Virus record (IMG/VR): IMGVR_UViG_3300010048_000001
Location: 41,197-105,196 of that record
DNA: 64,000 nt
From: a virus
Reading direction: 5' to 3' (one strand)
In this document: in pieces, positions 45,301 through 52,858 of the stretch
Layout of the letters: every line of letters starts with the position of its first letter
How positions within the stretch are numbered: the first letter of the stretch is position 1
Made by a program: the position numbers and the translations under genes
The notes under the pieces: model-generated
Database searches by the model: none
What the model saw: the letters and a program-made list of their open reading frames with translations, nothing else
What the model was told of the DNA's origin: nothing

Positions 45301-48000
45301 CATCCAAGCCGCGGCGTAGCTGTAGTCTGGCGGCGTGCTGAATTGCTGGAAACGATCCTTCTCGCCGGCGCGCACCGTCTGCGTCGGGAGGAGTTTCTTC
45401 ATTGCCTCTAACTGACCAACGATATCCGTCGCAGCCGGCAGAGCTTCTCGTGGATTAATCCCTCCCGGGCGTCTGGTGACCCATTGATTAACGCCGAGTT
45501 CAAGTGCGTCATAAAGTTGATCGCGGGTAAATTTCTTTTCGGCAAGCGTCCCGCCAAAAGATTTCTCGGCCATCGCCTGAAGATCTTTCGGGCTTAACGC
45601 CTTGTTACGATTTCGAGCGTCTTCGAGCGCCTCTGTTACCTGATCGGCCAGCTGGAACGGCGGCGTCTTCTCGCCCGGCTGAGCCGCGGCCGAGGCCGGA
45701 TTCAGCTTCTCCGGCTCCGTCAGGGAGAATGACGATTGCCCGATCGGGTTCTTGAGATCCCCCTCGCGCACCCACGTCTTGATCTCGTCGAGCGACATCG
45801 GCGTGACATTGCCGACGCGGTCCGGCCCGGTTCCATCTGAAAACAAATCGGCGAAAGCGTTCTTGGCCTCATCTACATTCCGGTAGCCGAGCATGACGCG
45901 ATGCCCGTCGAATGCTCCGGTCTCGGGATGCGCCTGGTCTATCACGAACGCGTGATGGCTCTCCGGGTTGGGTCCTAGAGAGGTCGCGACTTGGTTGCCA
46001 CCTTCGGTGATCCTGCCCTGATCTACCGGGTTCGCGTTCCCCTCGGCGTCTGCGGCACCCTCGGGGAAGTCCATCGTAAAGTCGAGGCCGTGGAAGTCGA
46101 CCTTGCCTTCTCCCGGCTCAGCGTAGCGTGCATCTCGTATTTCTCGCCCGACCTCGAGCGGATCGCGCGGGTTTGACGCTCTCGGCGGCGGGGTGGGCTC
46201 TTCGGCTGGGGCCGCTATCGGCGCTGTTGGTTCCGGCGCTACGACTGGGGTGCTTGGCGGCGCCTCGGGAGCAGCCGGCGGCGGCGGAGCGGTGGCCGCT
46301 TCAGGCCTAGCGATTTCAGGCGGCGGAACAACAACTGGGGGCGGCGGCGCGACAGCCTCTACCGGGGGCGGGACAGGCTGGGTCGGGGTTGGCGGTGGCA
46401 CGGGAGCCGCCGGCGTAGAAGAAATCTCTGTCAGTTTGTCCCGAGCCTCTTGGGCCGCAACGTCCTCTGGACCGATTGTCGGCTGCGGCGTGGGCTCCAT
46501 CGGCTTCGCCGTGGCTGTCGCGACTTGCTCCGCTTTGGCACTCTCGACAGCTTCTGGGGGCACGGTGGCGACTGGCGGCGGGGGGATAGTAGCGGTCACC
46601 GGGGGAACTTCAGGTGGCGACGGCGCGGGAGCTGGTGTCACGAGTGTTGGCTCGGCGGGCGGAAACTCCGGCGCTGCGGCAGTCGCGGCCGGAGCCTCGC
46701 CGGCCGGAGGCACTTCGGTAAGCGTATCTACAGCCGGAGTAGCCGTCGCGGGGCGTTCTGGGGAGCCGGCAAGATGGCTGATCGCAGCATGCCCTACCAA
46801 TGGCAACGCTGTTCCAACAATGGCACCGGGGATTTCTGCGGCGACACCCTCACCGGCGGGCTTGCCCTCGACGATATTCTCCGCAGCACGTCCCGCTGCC
46901 GACACCGCAGGCTGCACCCCGAACGCCTGGAAGAGCATGTTCTTGATAGTGCTGGCGAACGGCTGAACACCGAACAGCCCCCAGCCTACGGCCCCGATCG
47001 CTCCACTCGCGACGCTGCGCTTTATTGCCGTGTCGAAAGCCGCATCAGGATCGCTTGGGTTCTCCTTCATCGCGGCTGCGAATTGCGGACCAATCGACTG
47101 CACGGTGCTGCCCAACCATGCGCCTGCAGCGCCGCCCACCATGCCACCGACTGGGCCAGCCAGTGCTGTTCCGGCCGCCCCGCCGACGATGCCGGCGGCA
47201 GCTGTCGGATAGCTTTTGGCTAGCTGATATTCTGCCTTCCGGGCCAGCAGCCCCGGACTGGCAAAGTCTTTCCACTCAACCGGCTGCGCCTCCGGGATTG
47301 TTTCGGCTTCTGGTTCCGGCGCCTTGGCGTGGCCCTTTAGGGCTGCCTCCGCCTGCTCGCCCATCGCGAGCTCTTTAGTGCCGGCTTTTAGGCCGGCGAG
47401 AGCGGTTCCTACCCAGCCAGTAGAGGGCGGCGGCGGGGGCTGCTCAAGAGGTTTGAGGCTCGAAAAGTCGAGGGGTTTCAACTGTGAAAAATCAAGCGAC
47501 GGAGGAGCTGGCTGTTCTTCAGCCGGCTTAAGAGACGAAAAATCGAGGCCTGCCGAGCCCCCCGTTTGTAATGCTATCGTCCCGCCGTCAGCATGCTTCT
47601 CAATCGGCTCTTGTGCGTTACAGCACGCGTGCCGACTCACCTTAGTGTTAAGGTCGAAAGTCTCCGGAGCCTTTTTGTTCAGAGAGGCGTAAAGCCCACA
47701 CGTTTCTGGCTCATCAAAGAACCGACAGTGCTCACAACGCACCGCACGTTTAACAAGGCCCGCCTCCTTAGGTGTCCAGGATTTTGTGATCGGCTGATCA
47801 TCGCTCGGGGTCCCAAACGCGTACCCACCACATGACCACCCAGCGAGGACATGCTCGCCATCCATCGGCGCGCACTTCTCCTTGCCCGGCATGAAGAAAC
47901 GACACGACTCGCACTGCGCGAATTTCTCTGGATCCCCCTTGGGATCCATGTAGAGAAACGCATCGCGCGTGACTTTTTTGGCTTCGCCGTCGAATGGCAT
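36376..48000 (-). CDS. Giant polyvalent DarB-like ejected protein (3874 aa): two HiPIP-like units, InPase-like domain, N6-MTase, strawberry-notch helicase with intein, JAB-like domain, LPD38-like domain
   Basis: MTase FSTP/LEPSAGNG/MNPPF (about 44790-45400); helicase GDGTGTGKGRQ, FDE^SH, YVSATG, QGFGRTHRTNQ; HHNHP..S..D (about 39700); IPKPFEVG (about 37200). Confidence 0.9.
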   Translation of the reverse strand: MPFDGEAKKVTRDAFLYMDPKGDPEKFAQCESCRFFMPGKEKCAPMDGEHVLAGWSCGGYAFGTPSDDQPITKSWTPKEAGLVKRAVRCEHCRFFDEPETCGLYASLNKKAPETFDLNTKVSRHACCNAQEPIEKHADGGTIALQTGGSAGLDFSSLKPAEEQPAPPSLDFSQLKPLDFSSLKPLEQPPPPPSTGWVGTALAGLKAGTKELAMGEQAEAALKGHAKAPEPEAETIPEAQPVEWKDFASPGLLARKAEYQLAKSYPTAAAGIVGGAAGTALAGPVGGMVGGAAGAWLGSTVQSIGPQFAAAMKENPSDPDAAFDTAIKRSVASGAIGAVGWGLFGVQPFASTIKNMLFQAFGVQPAVSAAGRAAENIVEGKPAGEGVAAEIPGAIVGTALPLVGHAAISHLAGSPERPATATPAVDTLTEVPPAGEAPAATAAAPEFPPAEPTLVTPAPAPSPPEVPPVTATIPPPPVATVPPEAVESAKAEQVATATAKPMEPTPQPTIGPEDVAAQEARDKLTEISSTPAAPVPPPTPTQPVPPPVEAVAPPPPVVVPPPEIARPEAATAPPPPAAPEAPPSTPVVAPEPTAPIAAPAEEPTPPPRASNPRDPLEVGREIRDARYAEPGEGKVDFHGLDFTMDFPEGAADAEGNANPVDQGRITEGGNQVATSLGPNPESHHAFVIDQAHPETGAFDGHRVMLGYRNVDEAKNAFADLFSDGTGPDRVGNVTPMSLDEIKTWVREGDLKNPIGQSSFSLTEPEKLNPASAAAQPGEKTPPFQLADQVTEALEDARNRNKALSPKDLQAMAEKSFGGTLAEKKFTRDQLYDALELGVNQWVTRRPGGINPREALPAATDIVGQLEAMKKLLPTQTVRAGEKDRFQQFSTPPDYSYAAAWMANITPEDHVLEPSAGNGSLVAMAKNAYPREITTNELFLPRAANVESLGVTRGYHENAEQLHNILPPEVRPSVVLMNPPFSQTAGRMGDKKVLMTGARHIEEAMKRLEPGGRLVAIVGRGMGMDSSTFAPWWRRMSGSFEVRANMGVPGSIYSKYGTNFGTRLLVIDKNPPSGRPPVLGEASSLPDLMQRLDEVRNDRQPTTPTEQRAPSEPVAGEPGGPAVVAPSEPAPGPTLPVSGPTPEPRVPVEPVPPGAGPAVPGGVEPGGVGALRPESRPGEGNALVPEQPAGPELGGAEPNTAVAPGTGEVVGGGGPEPHGVVLRPEGGAGSVLPAGGESSGVEAGEPLPEAAKVDEVVADPAGSHGEVTEAVYEPYRPQRIQIEGSQAHPGALVQTAALASVMPPRVDYAPRLPNELISSGALSDAQLEAITYAGNAHSQILPAIAGETPFRRGFFLGDGTGTGKGRQVAGIILDNYMQGKKKALWISENKTLIEDAQRDWKGLGRDPKEIFNLGKVKAGNDLTADRGIAFTTYDTLKGGERLGKDEKTGKTLQGKRRIDQLANWLGPDFDGVIAFDECVPAGTLIATPNGSRPIESLEVGDCVLGFDHAENRVVPTSVKRTFTRATRAHLHVIGPVIMTGNHPVWTEDSGYVPAVWIDENDRIRYLSQDGKHTYMRKLREGIPGQIPAQQKSLLQQVMHCASHCRQDGFGKITHERRAPRGVRSSCPSSTEQNETDGAISGVIGGISVLRAEPVSQYGLREATYREPSQERAWREWEANASGTGIIARASQVGAGIPSGRQASPRRVPALLPDRYCESCPEDCYRSRRPQPQGRGTSAKRCAENRISRESWVGGSAVREFPHPQGSRTGCGRDRCSRSVEVFNVETGTANYFANGLLVHNSHNLANSVAQKGSRGTKEAAAKALAGIELQQKLPNARVVYVSATGATEVSNLAYAERLGLWGRGTAFPSKQSFIQNIGSGGIAAMELVARDMKAMGSYVSRNLSYDDVKYDRLEHQLTPEQRENYDELAGAWQTVLKNINAALGITGEPGGRTGEPQASPRARMAAMSAFWSGHQRFFNQIITAMQMPSVLRAIEGDLKEGQQAVLQLVNTNEASQKRAIERVKGGAEEAPEDLEDLDLTPRDQLMQMVEKSFPVAQWEKYIDENGNERWQVVKDSQGNIVENPEAVRMRDELLDKLGSIRVPHGPLEMLLNHFGTDRVAEVTGRKQRVVHKPDEKGVTRATLESRPGDSNAAETDAFQNAKKPILVFSQAGGTGRSYHADLTAPSSNAQRSHYLVQAGWRADKAIQGFGRTHRTNQASAPIFHLVTTDLQGQRRFISSIARRLSQLGALTKGERRAGEQGLFSARDNLESPEASAALRSFWGSMRRGEIGTIEPADFEAQTGLRLKDENGNPTDPPEITQFLNRLLSLKFDMQNKVFGEFEDRLNDAVDSAAAAGTLDVGTETLKGDRITKEADQPIYKDPQSGAETKYVRLKVENKNHPATFDQIAAGQRNLSGRKPLFYAISKRTGKVFAVAEASNTTDPNTGAVTENYRLAGPLDWQYAARRNIDGPLADRNWELVRDEAQARDLWDKQLATIPEYSAKTQHLITGSILPIWDRLSGTPKVYRLQTADGERMLGRVVDEDHIGQVLRSLGAETAGKTYEPAEVAQRVLDGDRATLANGWTIRRATVAGEPRLELTGPDYRDRPELENSGAFVERIGYQTRFFIPTGERAAEVLSAIMGNRRPVVEMQRGREEGLAANPRGWESTGPGENPYAGIKRASNTTEEAQGLRASPEYSPDLVGGHEAARDYVSSAGLLSGHEYFAIVGQDGQIIEAGTSGHPSAIKFSDGLLRRLWDPDTVPAAFHHNHPAARNPLSIPDIMSLAAHGIASVTAEGSDGHITSASLTPEGRALLEPLNPVERQEQIRQMAASAEATAAKVIDPLVKRGMLPRERANELLWEARNRLLAAGGLIDYVSTKDIPAWLKARLVKDVRGMDEGETSDRLYRSAGALRPKEAMAAISGTHAGIAAGRSTGEGGNRGSEASIVAAGAEAPKLGLSASGPPGGGPPTSPPGGGRWGTPEERGKDLESIQRTDRRSFLDRTREKLSAIRDQGVTGAVAHVLDNLAGLERQEKIAGGGKLLPAALSPTEAARLARNSHAVSRFVIERGQVRFDPTSGRVEQIEGAKPLQEILKPIADMGQSALDDFQLWASIKRGERLLGEGRERNITPEMVDKYRDLDQLYAQPDGSNPFQAAHAELQEYNHNLLNFGEATGLINPQSRTLFDHDDYVPFFRAIDPEGTKGVTPGRQGIAGQRSPIRELKGGEARFNNILDNTVMNTSAMISRGMKNRAMQLTYDMGTMTGAITPMSKAARVEFEAKLGDPAVRDFLTDLGLDPATMTAEQKEAAKGLFAAIKNPDQHPNVVSVMVDGKPQYGEVKDPLLLRSIAALGPSTVNGLTRVLAGPARLLRGAVVFDPAFALAHNLRMALHAYALTGTNPIASMTSAVRMARGLDPIALKLMSAGTVSGHYDIDMPRSVREQIEGKEFQNSLVQTAADWYRFVKKIGEGMTRAADLGPRAAVYEHILAKTGDEAEAMRQARDLLDFSTHGDGAIPMFLAQTIPFLNARWQGLARTGRGLIGEDRNAVLTRMGLMAGAAIALWEYNQENHKEQWDKLEDWDRQYAYHVWLGNGPDAVHVRIPKPFEVGALTGSLPEMLLDYFNGTEAGSTRALTKAFTAMVLNTFKFNPIPVAVKPAIETYFNTDSYTGRPIVNEADEAQNAAGLYSPLNSPSIVALTHAYNAVSPVKASPEVVQHLLRGYVAGWASYITAATDAIGESAGWLPQQAAWGGADTPVLNRFVREGPEAANRIQTDFYDLKKEVSIVGQGMKKASQMGDAEAVERLRQEHPEYSPQLDKAMQRAGMVLARQRKQLQATLMNQGASAEAKRRALDQFYITRDKEMEQLRPMVRRAEGLPTAP
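39138..39302 (-). CDS. Nested +1-frame ORF (54 aa) overprinted in the linker after the JAB-like domain
   Basis: GAGGGAG 6 nt before GTG; MIGFIDPPGRYAPKRQWQQFLEHMQELPQDDPQVKAAIEEAKQAL looks like an amphipathic helical hairpin. Confidence 0.6.
   Translation of the reverse strand: MIGFIDPPGRYAPKRQWQQFLEHMQELPQDDPQVKAAIEEAKQALSLQGQKPRS
42654..43301 (-). CDS. DUF559/Vsr-like endonuclease encoded in the +1 frame inside the intein
   Basis: CENCG..YCSRSC zinc finger; YRIDIA....IAIEVDGHSH.......DARKT.YL..LGW.VLRF.N. Confidence 0.85.
   Translation of the reverse strand: MANTHICENCGREFPVKYPHNKNLYCSRSCTAQATAARMGSVRSRMSEERRAAFDQAARVRLNKTRRTEQYQESLAGYLSSERNPFHNMDYAKRHIGNPAKSGRGGNGKPMPPAQALLLGHLRWEPEFPVGVKPVREGYPRCYRIDIANPVLRIAIEVDGHSHKAAARQQSDARKTAYLENLGWVVLRFENSRILKEVELVVAEIDAVALSRYST
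43309..43337 (-). promoter_or_regulatory. Putative internal promoter for a leaderless endonuclease mRNA
   Basis: TTGACG-17nt-TATCTA-7nt-ATG(43301); no SD. Confidence 0.5.
44283..44717 (-). CDS. Nested +1-frame ORF (144 aa) overprinted in the MTase-helicase linker
   Basis: TGAGGTGA SD directly upstream of ATG; Trp/Tyr/Leu-rich helical protein, while the main frame is low-complexity P/G/E. Confidence 0.7.
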   Translation of the reverse strand: MIGNPQLLRNNGLPVNQWPVNQAAQRWLRQANQPPDPHSPYLVQLLNLGFQSSLFLPGQGQQYRAELSQAASELYDPSLDPVKVMRWFQSNPQGPSWAEQSQTLLSLLEQARSWEEAAQSLMEWFYDLKAGQDPYYRPAASHQG

Positions 48001-51000
48001 TACGGTTTAACCATCAGGCCGTTAGGCGTCTGAATGATGCTGCCCGCCGGGGCGTTATCGATGTCAGCCTGCGTCTTGGGAACCAGAGGATTGGTGCGGG
48101 TCCATTGTTGTGGTGCCGGTGAGGAGGTGCCTGCTGCGGGAGCCGTTCCACCCGGCCTGCCATACTCACCTTCCGCCTGCCTCATAAAATCCGGGACCTG
48201 TTCGCCGGGTGACGCGCCGAATGGATGGCTTAATTCGTACTGCTTCTGAAGGAACGTAGCCCGGTCCTTGATCTGGGTTTCGCGGTTAGCGGGCGTCTGC
48301 TCGTGCTTTGCCGTTGGATAGAACCCCTGCTCCTTGCCGTCCGGCCCAAGCAGCAACGTGCCGGATTGCCCGTCCTTCACAACGTCCTGGACCTGTATGG
48401 GACGCTGATTCTGTTTAGCCGATTCCCGTAGCTGTTCCAGAGCAGCGTGGTGAGCCTCTGTCTCGTCTAGCCCACGCTTCCGTAGATCAAGGATCGCGCC
48501 CTGATAGGACGCCGTCAGATCCAATTTCTGCTGAGCTTGTCCCAGCTTCTCCTCACCAAACTGCTGTTGCTGAGCGAGTTTCGCGCGATTGAAGTCCGCC
48601 AGGTCCGCCATGCGGGCGGCAGCTTGCTGCGCTGTCTGCATACGCGCTTCCGCAACCTCGCCGCTCTGTCGGGTGTGCTCTTGCTGCTGTCCGTATTTAA
48701 GCCCGGTTTCTAGCCCCTCGCCGAGGGCTACGCCAGGGAACGGAGAGCGTGAAGAGAGCATCCCAGCGCCGATCGCAATCGGGATCATCCAGGGACTCTG
48801 CAGGAAATCGGAGCCTTTGGGCTCTCCGGATTGAGGCGGCGCTGCGGGCGGATTAGCTAATCCCGCTTGGCCCGAATCACTAATAAGCCCGCTGGAACGC
48901 TCGTACCGCCCACCCATCGTCGGGATCATCATCCCGGTCTTGGTAGTTCCCAGCCCTCTTTCAAGATGATCCCCAGAATCCGCCGGTCGCTCGAAATATT
49001 TCTTCCAGAGACCATTCGCCGCCTCTCGTGTGGGAGCGCTCTTGATCTCGTTCCAGTGCTGCGTGGCAACGGGGTCGCCGCCTGTAACCTGCGAAAGAGC
49101 CCACGCGTGTTGCACGTTGGGATCTTGCCAATTCGGATGCTGCTGTAAATTAGCTGCACGATCCAGATGAGCTTGATACAGCCCTACGCTGGGACCGCCC
49201 TTATCGGCGCTAACGTTAGTCGGATCGAAACCGCTCTCTCTCTGGACATTATCCGCAATTCCCTGCGCGACATGCTCAGGAACTCCGGCATTTTTCATCC
49301 ACCAGTTGACTGTCTGCTCCCGGTTCTCAGTTGGGGGAGTTGGCGGCGGCGCCGAGGCTATGCTCCCAGTGGGGGCCGAAATATCGACCTTGCCAAGATC
49401 GAGGCCCTGGCTTGCCGGCGCGCCGAGTCCAGATGCCAATGTAGGCGGCGGACGCGTAGGATCATCGACACTGCCACCAAGCTGCATGCCGCCCCAGAGC
49501 TGCTGGTCGAGCATATAATTGAGCGCCGGCGGCACACCTCCACCATCCTGCATCGGAGAAGCACTGGCGGTCGGTTGCGACGGCTGCCCGAACTGCGGTT
49601 GCTGCAACGCGATCCCGGCACCCGGCGTCATCTCTTTTGCCTGGATCGCCCGCTGAATCAGCGCACCTTGCTGGGTATTCGGCGGGAACCGCACGGCGAG
49701 TTCGCGCAATTGCTCGAGTGAACGCTGCGTCAGACCCTGGTAAAATCCCTGCGTGTTCGGCGTCGTTCCGGACAGCGGCGCCGCCGCAGTCAACGGCGAC
49801 ACCGCGCCACCGACCTGCAACATGCGCCGGCCGAGGCCGCCGGGATGCTGACTCAGCCCATGGCCAAGCCCGATCTCGTGCATAGAGCCGAGACCCCTGC
49901 CAAAATGGCTGCCGCTTATCCCGGGCAGATGTGCTATGCGACCGCCGAGTTGATTTCCTACAGGCGATGTGTTCACTCCGGGAGTGTCGAAGACACCGAG
50001 GCCCTTCATGGAATTGAGGGTTTGAAAGAATTGAAGGGGCGACATCCCACTGGAAGATAAAGTTTGTGGGCTGGACATTGGCGGCTTCGGCGGGCCCGGG
50101 CCATTAGTGCTGCCCGGCATCGTAATATAGCTGCCAATTTGCGGAACGCCTGGAGATGCCCCAAGGCCAGGCTGAGAGGCGCCATATCCTGGCACTAGCC
50201 CGCCAGCTTGCCGTTTCGCCACACCGCCGCCTCGATCAAACAGCGCAAACGGCGCTGCCCCAGCGAATGCATCGCCGAAGCCATTCAGAGCTCCCGCCTC
50301 CCCTGCCGAGAGAGCCCCAGACCCAAAAAGGGATCCCAGCCCGCTAGTCAGCCAGCCATTCGCTCCGAACCCTCCGGTCGCGCCAATGATACCGGTACCG
50401 GCCAGCCCAAGGCCGGCAATCTGGCTCACCGGGCTGGGGCCCGGATAGCTCGTGGAGCCCGACCCGCCGGCCAGCGCTCCCGTGCCCTCGGTGATGCCCG
50501 AGAGCCAATTCAGCTGTTGGTACGGATAGGCTTGCTGCTGGATGAACTGCTCATAGGGGATATTGAGCTCTTGCTGCGCTTGAGCTTGTTCCTGCCCGCC
50601 TTCCGTATTCAGCGCGCTCGCTAATCCCAGCCTCTCGTTCTGTGCGGTTTGTCCAAGATTACCCAAACCGAATGCGGCCTGTGAATTGAGCCAATCGGTC
50701 GCTTGCTCAGCTGATAGTTGCGTTTGCTGCTGAGTATTAAACTCGCCCAGCTGCTGCTGCCCGATGCCGGCCAATGCTTGGGCTGCGCCAAGGCTGAGTT
50801 GCCCCTGGGTTCCAAGGGCTCCCGCCTCCGCCTGCGCCGCACCGAGAGACTGCTGGCCTGCGCCGAGAGAGATCTGCCCGGCTCCGAGACCGAGCTGCCC
50901 CTGCCCTTGCAAAGCCCCGGAGGTCAGCTGACCCGCGCCGAGCGCGGCCTGTGCAGCACCCAAGCCCAGCTGACCTTGAGTGCCCATTGCGCCAGACACA

Positions 51001-51926
51001 AGCTGCCCAGCGCCAAGCCCGAGCGTCCCTTGAATCTGGGCTTGTTGCTGGGCAAGTTGCTGCTCAGCATTAAGTTCTTGCTGTGCCTGCGCAAACCCTT
51101 GTTGCTGAATGCCGGCGAGGACCGGCGCCTGGGCAAGCTGCTGCTGGCGGGCCGTTAGTGCTTGGGCAACTGCTTGGCGGTCGCCGCCGAACGCTCCCGC
51201 AGCTGCGGCATTGCCGGCAACTTGAGATTGCTGCTCCGCGTTCTGCTCGTTGAAGAGTGCTTGGGTAGCACTCGTGACGGCCGACTGATATGGATTGAAA
51301 TACGTGCCGAGATCGGCATAAGTCGGCGTATTCCCTGGAAGGCCAGTTGCCGCATTGCTGGCGATGCCGGCATAAGGCGAAATTGCCCCCGCGATATTCT
51401 GTCCTGCCGCACCAAGTCCGAGACCCGTAGCAAGCGCACTCGATGGCGCTACCGCGCCGGCGATATTCGTATTTGCCGCACCAAGTCCGAGACCCTGTGC
51501 TGTCGACGCATAAGAGCCCTGCTGGCCCAAATAAGGCGAAATCGCCCCCGAAATATTCTGCGGAGCGCCTTGTGCTAGCTCCCCCGCGCCTAGTAAATTG
51601 CTGCCGCCCCAACTGGCATATTGGCCGGCATCTATCTGAGGAATCGACGGCCATAAAGGCTGCGTGGCATTATTAAAAGCTTGGATGGCTTCAGCATTCA
51701 CCCCTGCTGTGGGATCGTTCCGCGCCATAGCCTGGACTATGCCCTGAGCGTTAAGTTGATCAGGACTAAAAGGCGCTACCAGTTGCCCAGAGTATTGTTG
51801 TAGCGGCTGAGCTGCCTGATTCTGCGCTTGGGTTGTTAAGTTAGTATAAGCATTCAGCCACTGTTGAGGCGGCTGTGAATTCTGAACTACAGTATTTGTT
51901 GATGGAGCGGGAGAACTCTTGCCCAT
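48000..51926 (-). CDS. Internal virion/DNA ejection protein with lysozyme-like domain
   Basis: Q/G/A-rich; YFNPY, AGAFGG and LGLGAGQ repeats; AQGIADNVQRESGFDP..SVGLYQ tail-lysozyme motif. Confidence 0.8.
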   Translation of the reverse strand: MGKSSPAPSTNTVVQNSQPPQQWLNAYTNLTTQAQNQAAQPLQQYSGQLVAPFSPDQLNAQGIVQAMARNDPTAGVNAEAIQAFNNATQPLWPSIPQIDAGQYASWGGSNLLGAGELAQGAPQNISGAISPYLGQQGSYASTAQGLGLGAANTNIAGAVAPSSALATGLGLGAAGQNIAGAISPYAGIASNAATGLPGNTPTYADLGTYFNPYQSAVTSATQALFNEQNAEQQSQVAGNAAAAGAFGGDRQAVAQALTARQQQLAQAPVLAGIQQQGFAQAQQELNAEQQLAQQQAQIQGTLGLGAGQLVSGAMGTQGQLGLGAAQAALGAGQLTSGALQGQGQLGLGAGQISLGAGQQSLGAAQAEAGALGTQGQLSLGAAQALAGIGQQQLGEFNTQQQTQLSAEQATDWLNSQAAFGLGNLGQTAQNERLGLASALNTEGGQEQAQAQQELNIPYEQFIQQQAYPYQQLNWLSGITEGTGALAGGSGSTSYPGPSPVSQIAGLGLAGTGIIGATGGFGANGWLTSGLGSLFGSGALSAGEAGALNGFGDAFAGAAPFALFDRGGGVAKRQAGGLVPGYGASQPGLGASPGVPQIGSYITMPGSTNGPGPPKPPMSSPQTLSSSGMSPLQFFQTLNSMKGLGVFDTPGVNTSPVGNQLGGRIAHLPGISGSHFGRGLGSMHEIGLGHGLSQHPGGLGRRMLQVGGAVSPLTAAAPLSGTTPNTQGFYQGLTQRSLEQLRELAVRFPPNTQQGALIQRAIQAKEMTPGAGIALQQPQFGQPSQPTASASPMQDGGGVPPALNYMLDQQLWGGMQLGGSVDDPTRPPPTLASGLGAPASQGLDLGKVDISAPTGSIASAPPPTPPTENREQTVNWWMKNAGVPEHVAQGIADNVQRESGFDPTNVSADKGGPSVGLYQAHLDRAANLQQHPNWQDPNVQHAWALSQVTGGDPVATQHWNEIKSAPTREAANGLWKKYFERPADSGDHLERGLGTTKTGMMIPTMGGRYERSSGLISDSGQAGLANPPAAPPQSGEPKGSDFLQSPWMIPIAIGAGMLSSRSPFPGVALGEGLETGLKYGQQQEHTRQSGEVAEARMQTAQQAAARMADLADFNRAKLAQQQQFGEEKLGQAQQKLDLTASYQGAILDLRKRGLDETEAHHAALEQLRESAKQNQRPIQVQDVVKDGQSGTLLLGPDGKEQGFYPTAKHEQTPANRETQIKDRATFLQKQYELSHPFGASPGEQVPDFMRQAEGEYGRPGGTAPAAGTSSPAPQQWTRTNPLVPKTQADIDNAPAGSIIQTPNGLMVKP

Positions 51927-52037
51927 TCGTGGAGCGCTTCCGGACCAAGGGAGCGGATCCGGGGCTCCAACGCGGGTCGATTAGGTGGCCGCCACCGATC
52001 GCGGGAAGCGGATGACGCAAAAAACTATATCAGAATT

Positions 52038-52511
52038 TCATTTTATAATAAAGATCCCGCCGATCTGCCGCCCCCATCGGCGCCAAAGCGCCAGCTTGGT
52101 TTCGAGCCTTGTCTCGGAAAACGGCGAGTCAACCAACTCTATCCATTGGTCTTTACGCAATTCGTCTCGGTAGGCTTTGGCGAATTCCATCAGCGCATTA
52201 TCAAGCCTCAGCGTGCGGTAAGGCTGTCTGACGAACAACCACAATATCTGTAGATGGTAGTTCTCAGTCCACCAATATCGTTCGAATACGATGCCGATCG
52301 TTCCAGCGATCCTAATTGGATCATCGGGATCGGGCGTGTCGATGACGCCGTGGAAGCCGCCTTGGCCGCGAGTCGCGAGCTCTATATGTTCCCGGATCCG
52401 ATTTTCGCTTTGAACGGCGCCGAAGCTCCCGGCATCTTCGTGTTCGAGAAGGCACCGATAAAGCTGTTCCTCATCCTGCTCTAAGGCTGTGCGGACGATA
52501 ATGTCAGCCAC
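52038..52511 (-). CDS. GNAT-like protein
   Basis: IIVRTA..D; LFVRQPYR; position typical of podoviral structural modules. Confidence 0.65.
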   Translation of the reverse strand: MADIIVRTALEQDEEQLYRCLLEHEDAGSFGAVQSENRIREHIELATRGQGGFHGVIDTPDPDDPIRIAGTIGIVFERYWWTENYHLQILWLFVRQPYRTLRLDNALMEFAKAYRDELRKDQWIELVDSPFSETRLETKLALWRRWGRQIGGIFIIK

Positions 52512-52858
52512 TATCCCTCGACCACAGACCGGAAATGCCGCAAAACCCGCACCAATGTCTCCGCGTCATGTTCCCCGGGCCAGACTTGCAACGACGGGCT
52601 CAGATCAATCATCACATAACGATCATCTAATATAACTTGAATCGCAACCTGATGCCGAGGCATTGGCCCTCTAACGTCGCTCAATAAGCTGACTGAGCTG
52701 CCGCGCTCTCCTTTGCGCCACACAACATGGCCATCATTAATGAAGGCAAACGTCGCATACGGGGTGGGCCAGCCATCATCTGCTAGCTTGCCGATAATCC
52801 GGGCGTACAAAGCCAGGAGTTTGTCTGCTTTGGTCTGTTCAGATGACGCCGACACCAA
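52511..52858 (-). CDS. Hypothetical protein
   Basis: Coupled ORF. Confidence 0.55.
   Translation of the reverse strand: MVSASSEQTKADKLLALYARIIGKLADDGWPTPYATFAFINDGHVVWRKGERGSSVSLLSDVRGPMPRHQVAIQVILDDRYVMIDLSPSLQVWPGEHDAETLVRVLRHFRSVVEG

Noticed and set aside
50760-51500. Tandem DNA repeats in the ejection-protein gene
   Set aside because: Explained by LGLGAxQ protein repeats
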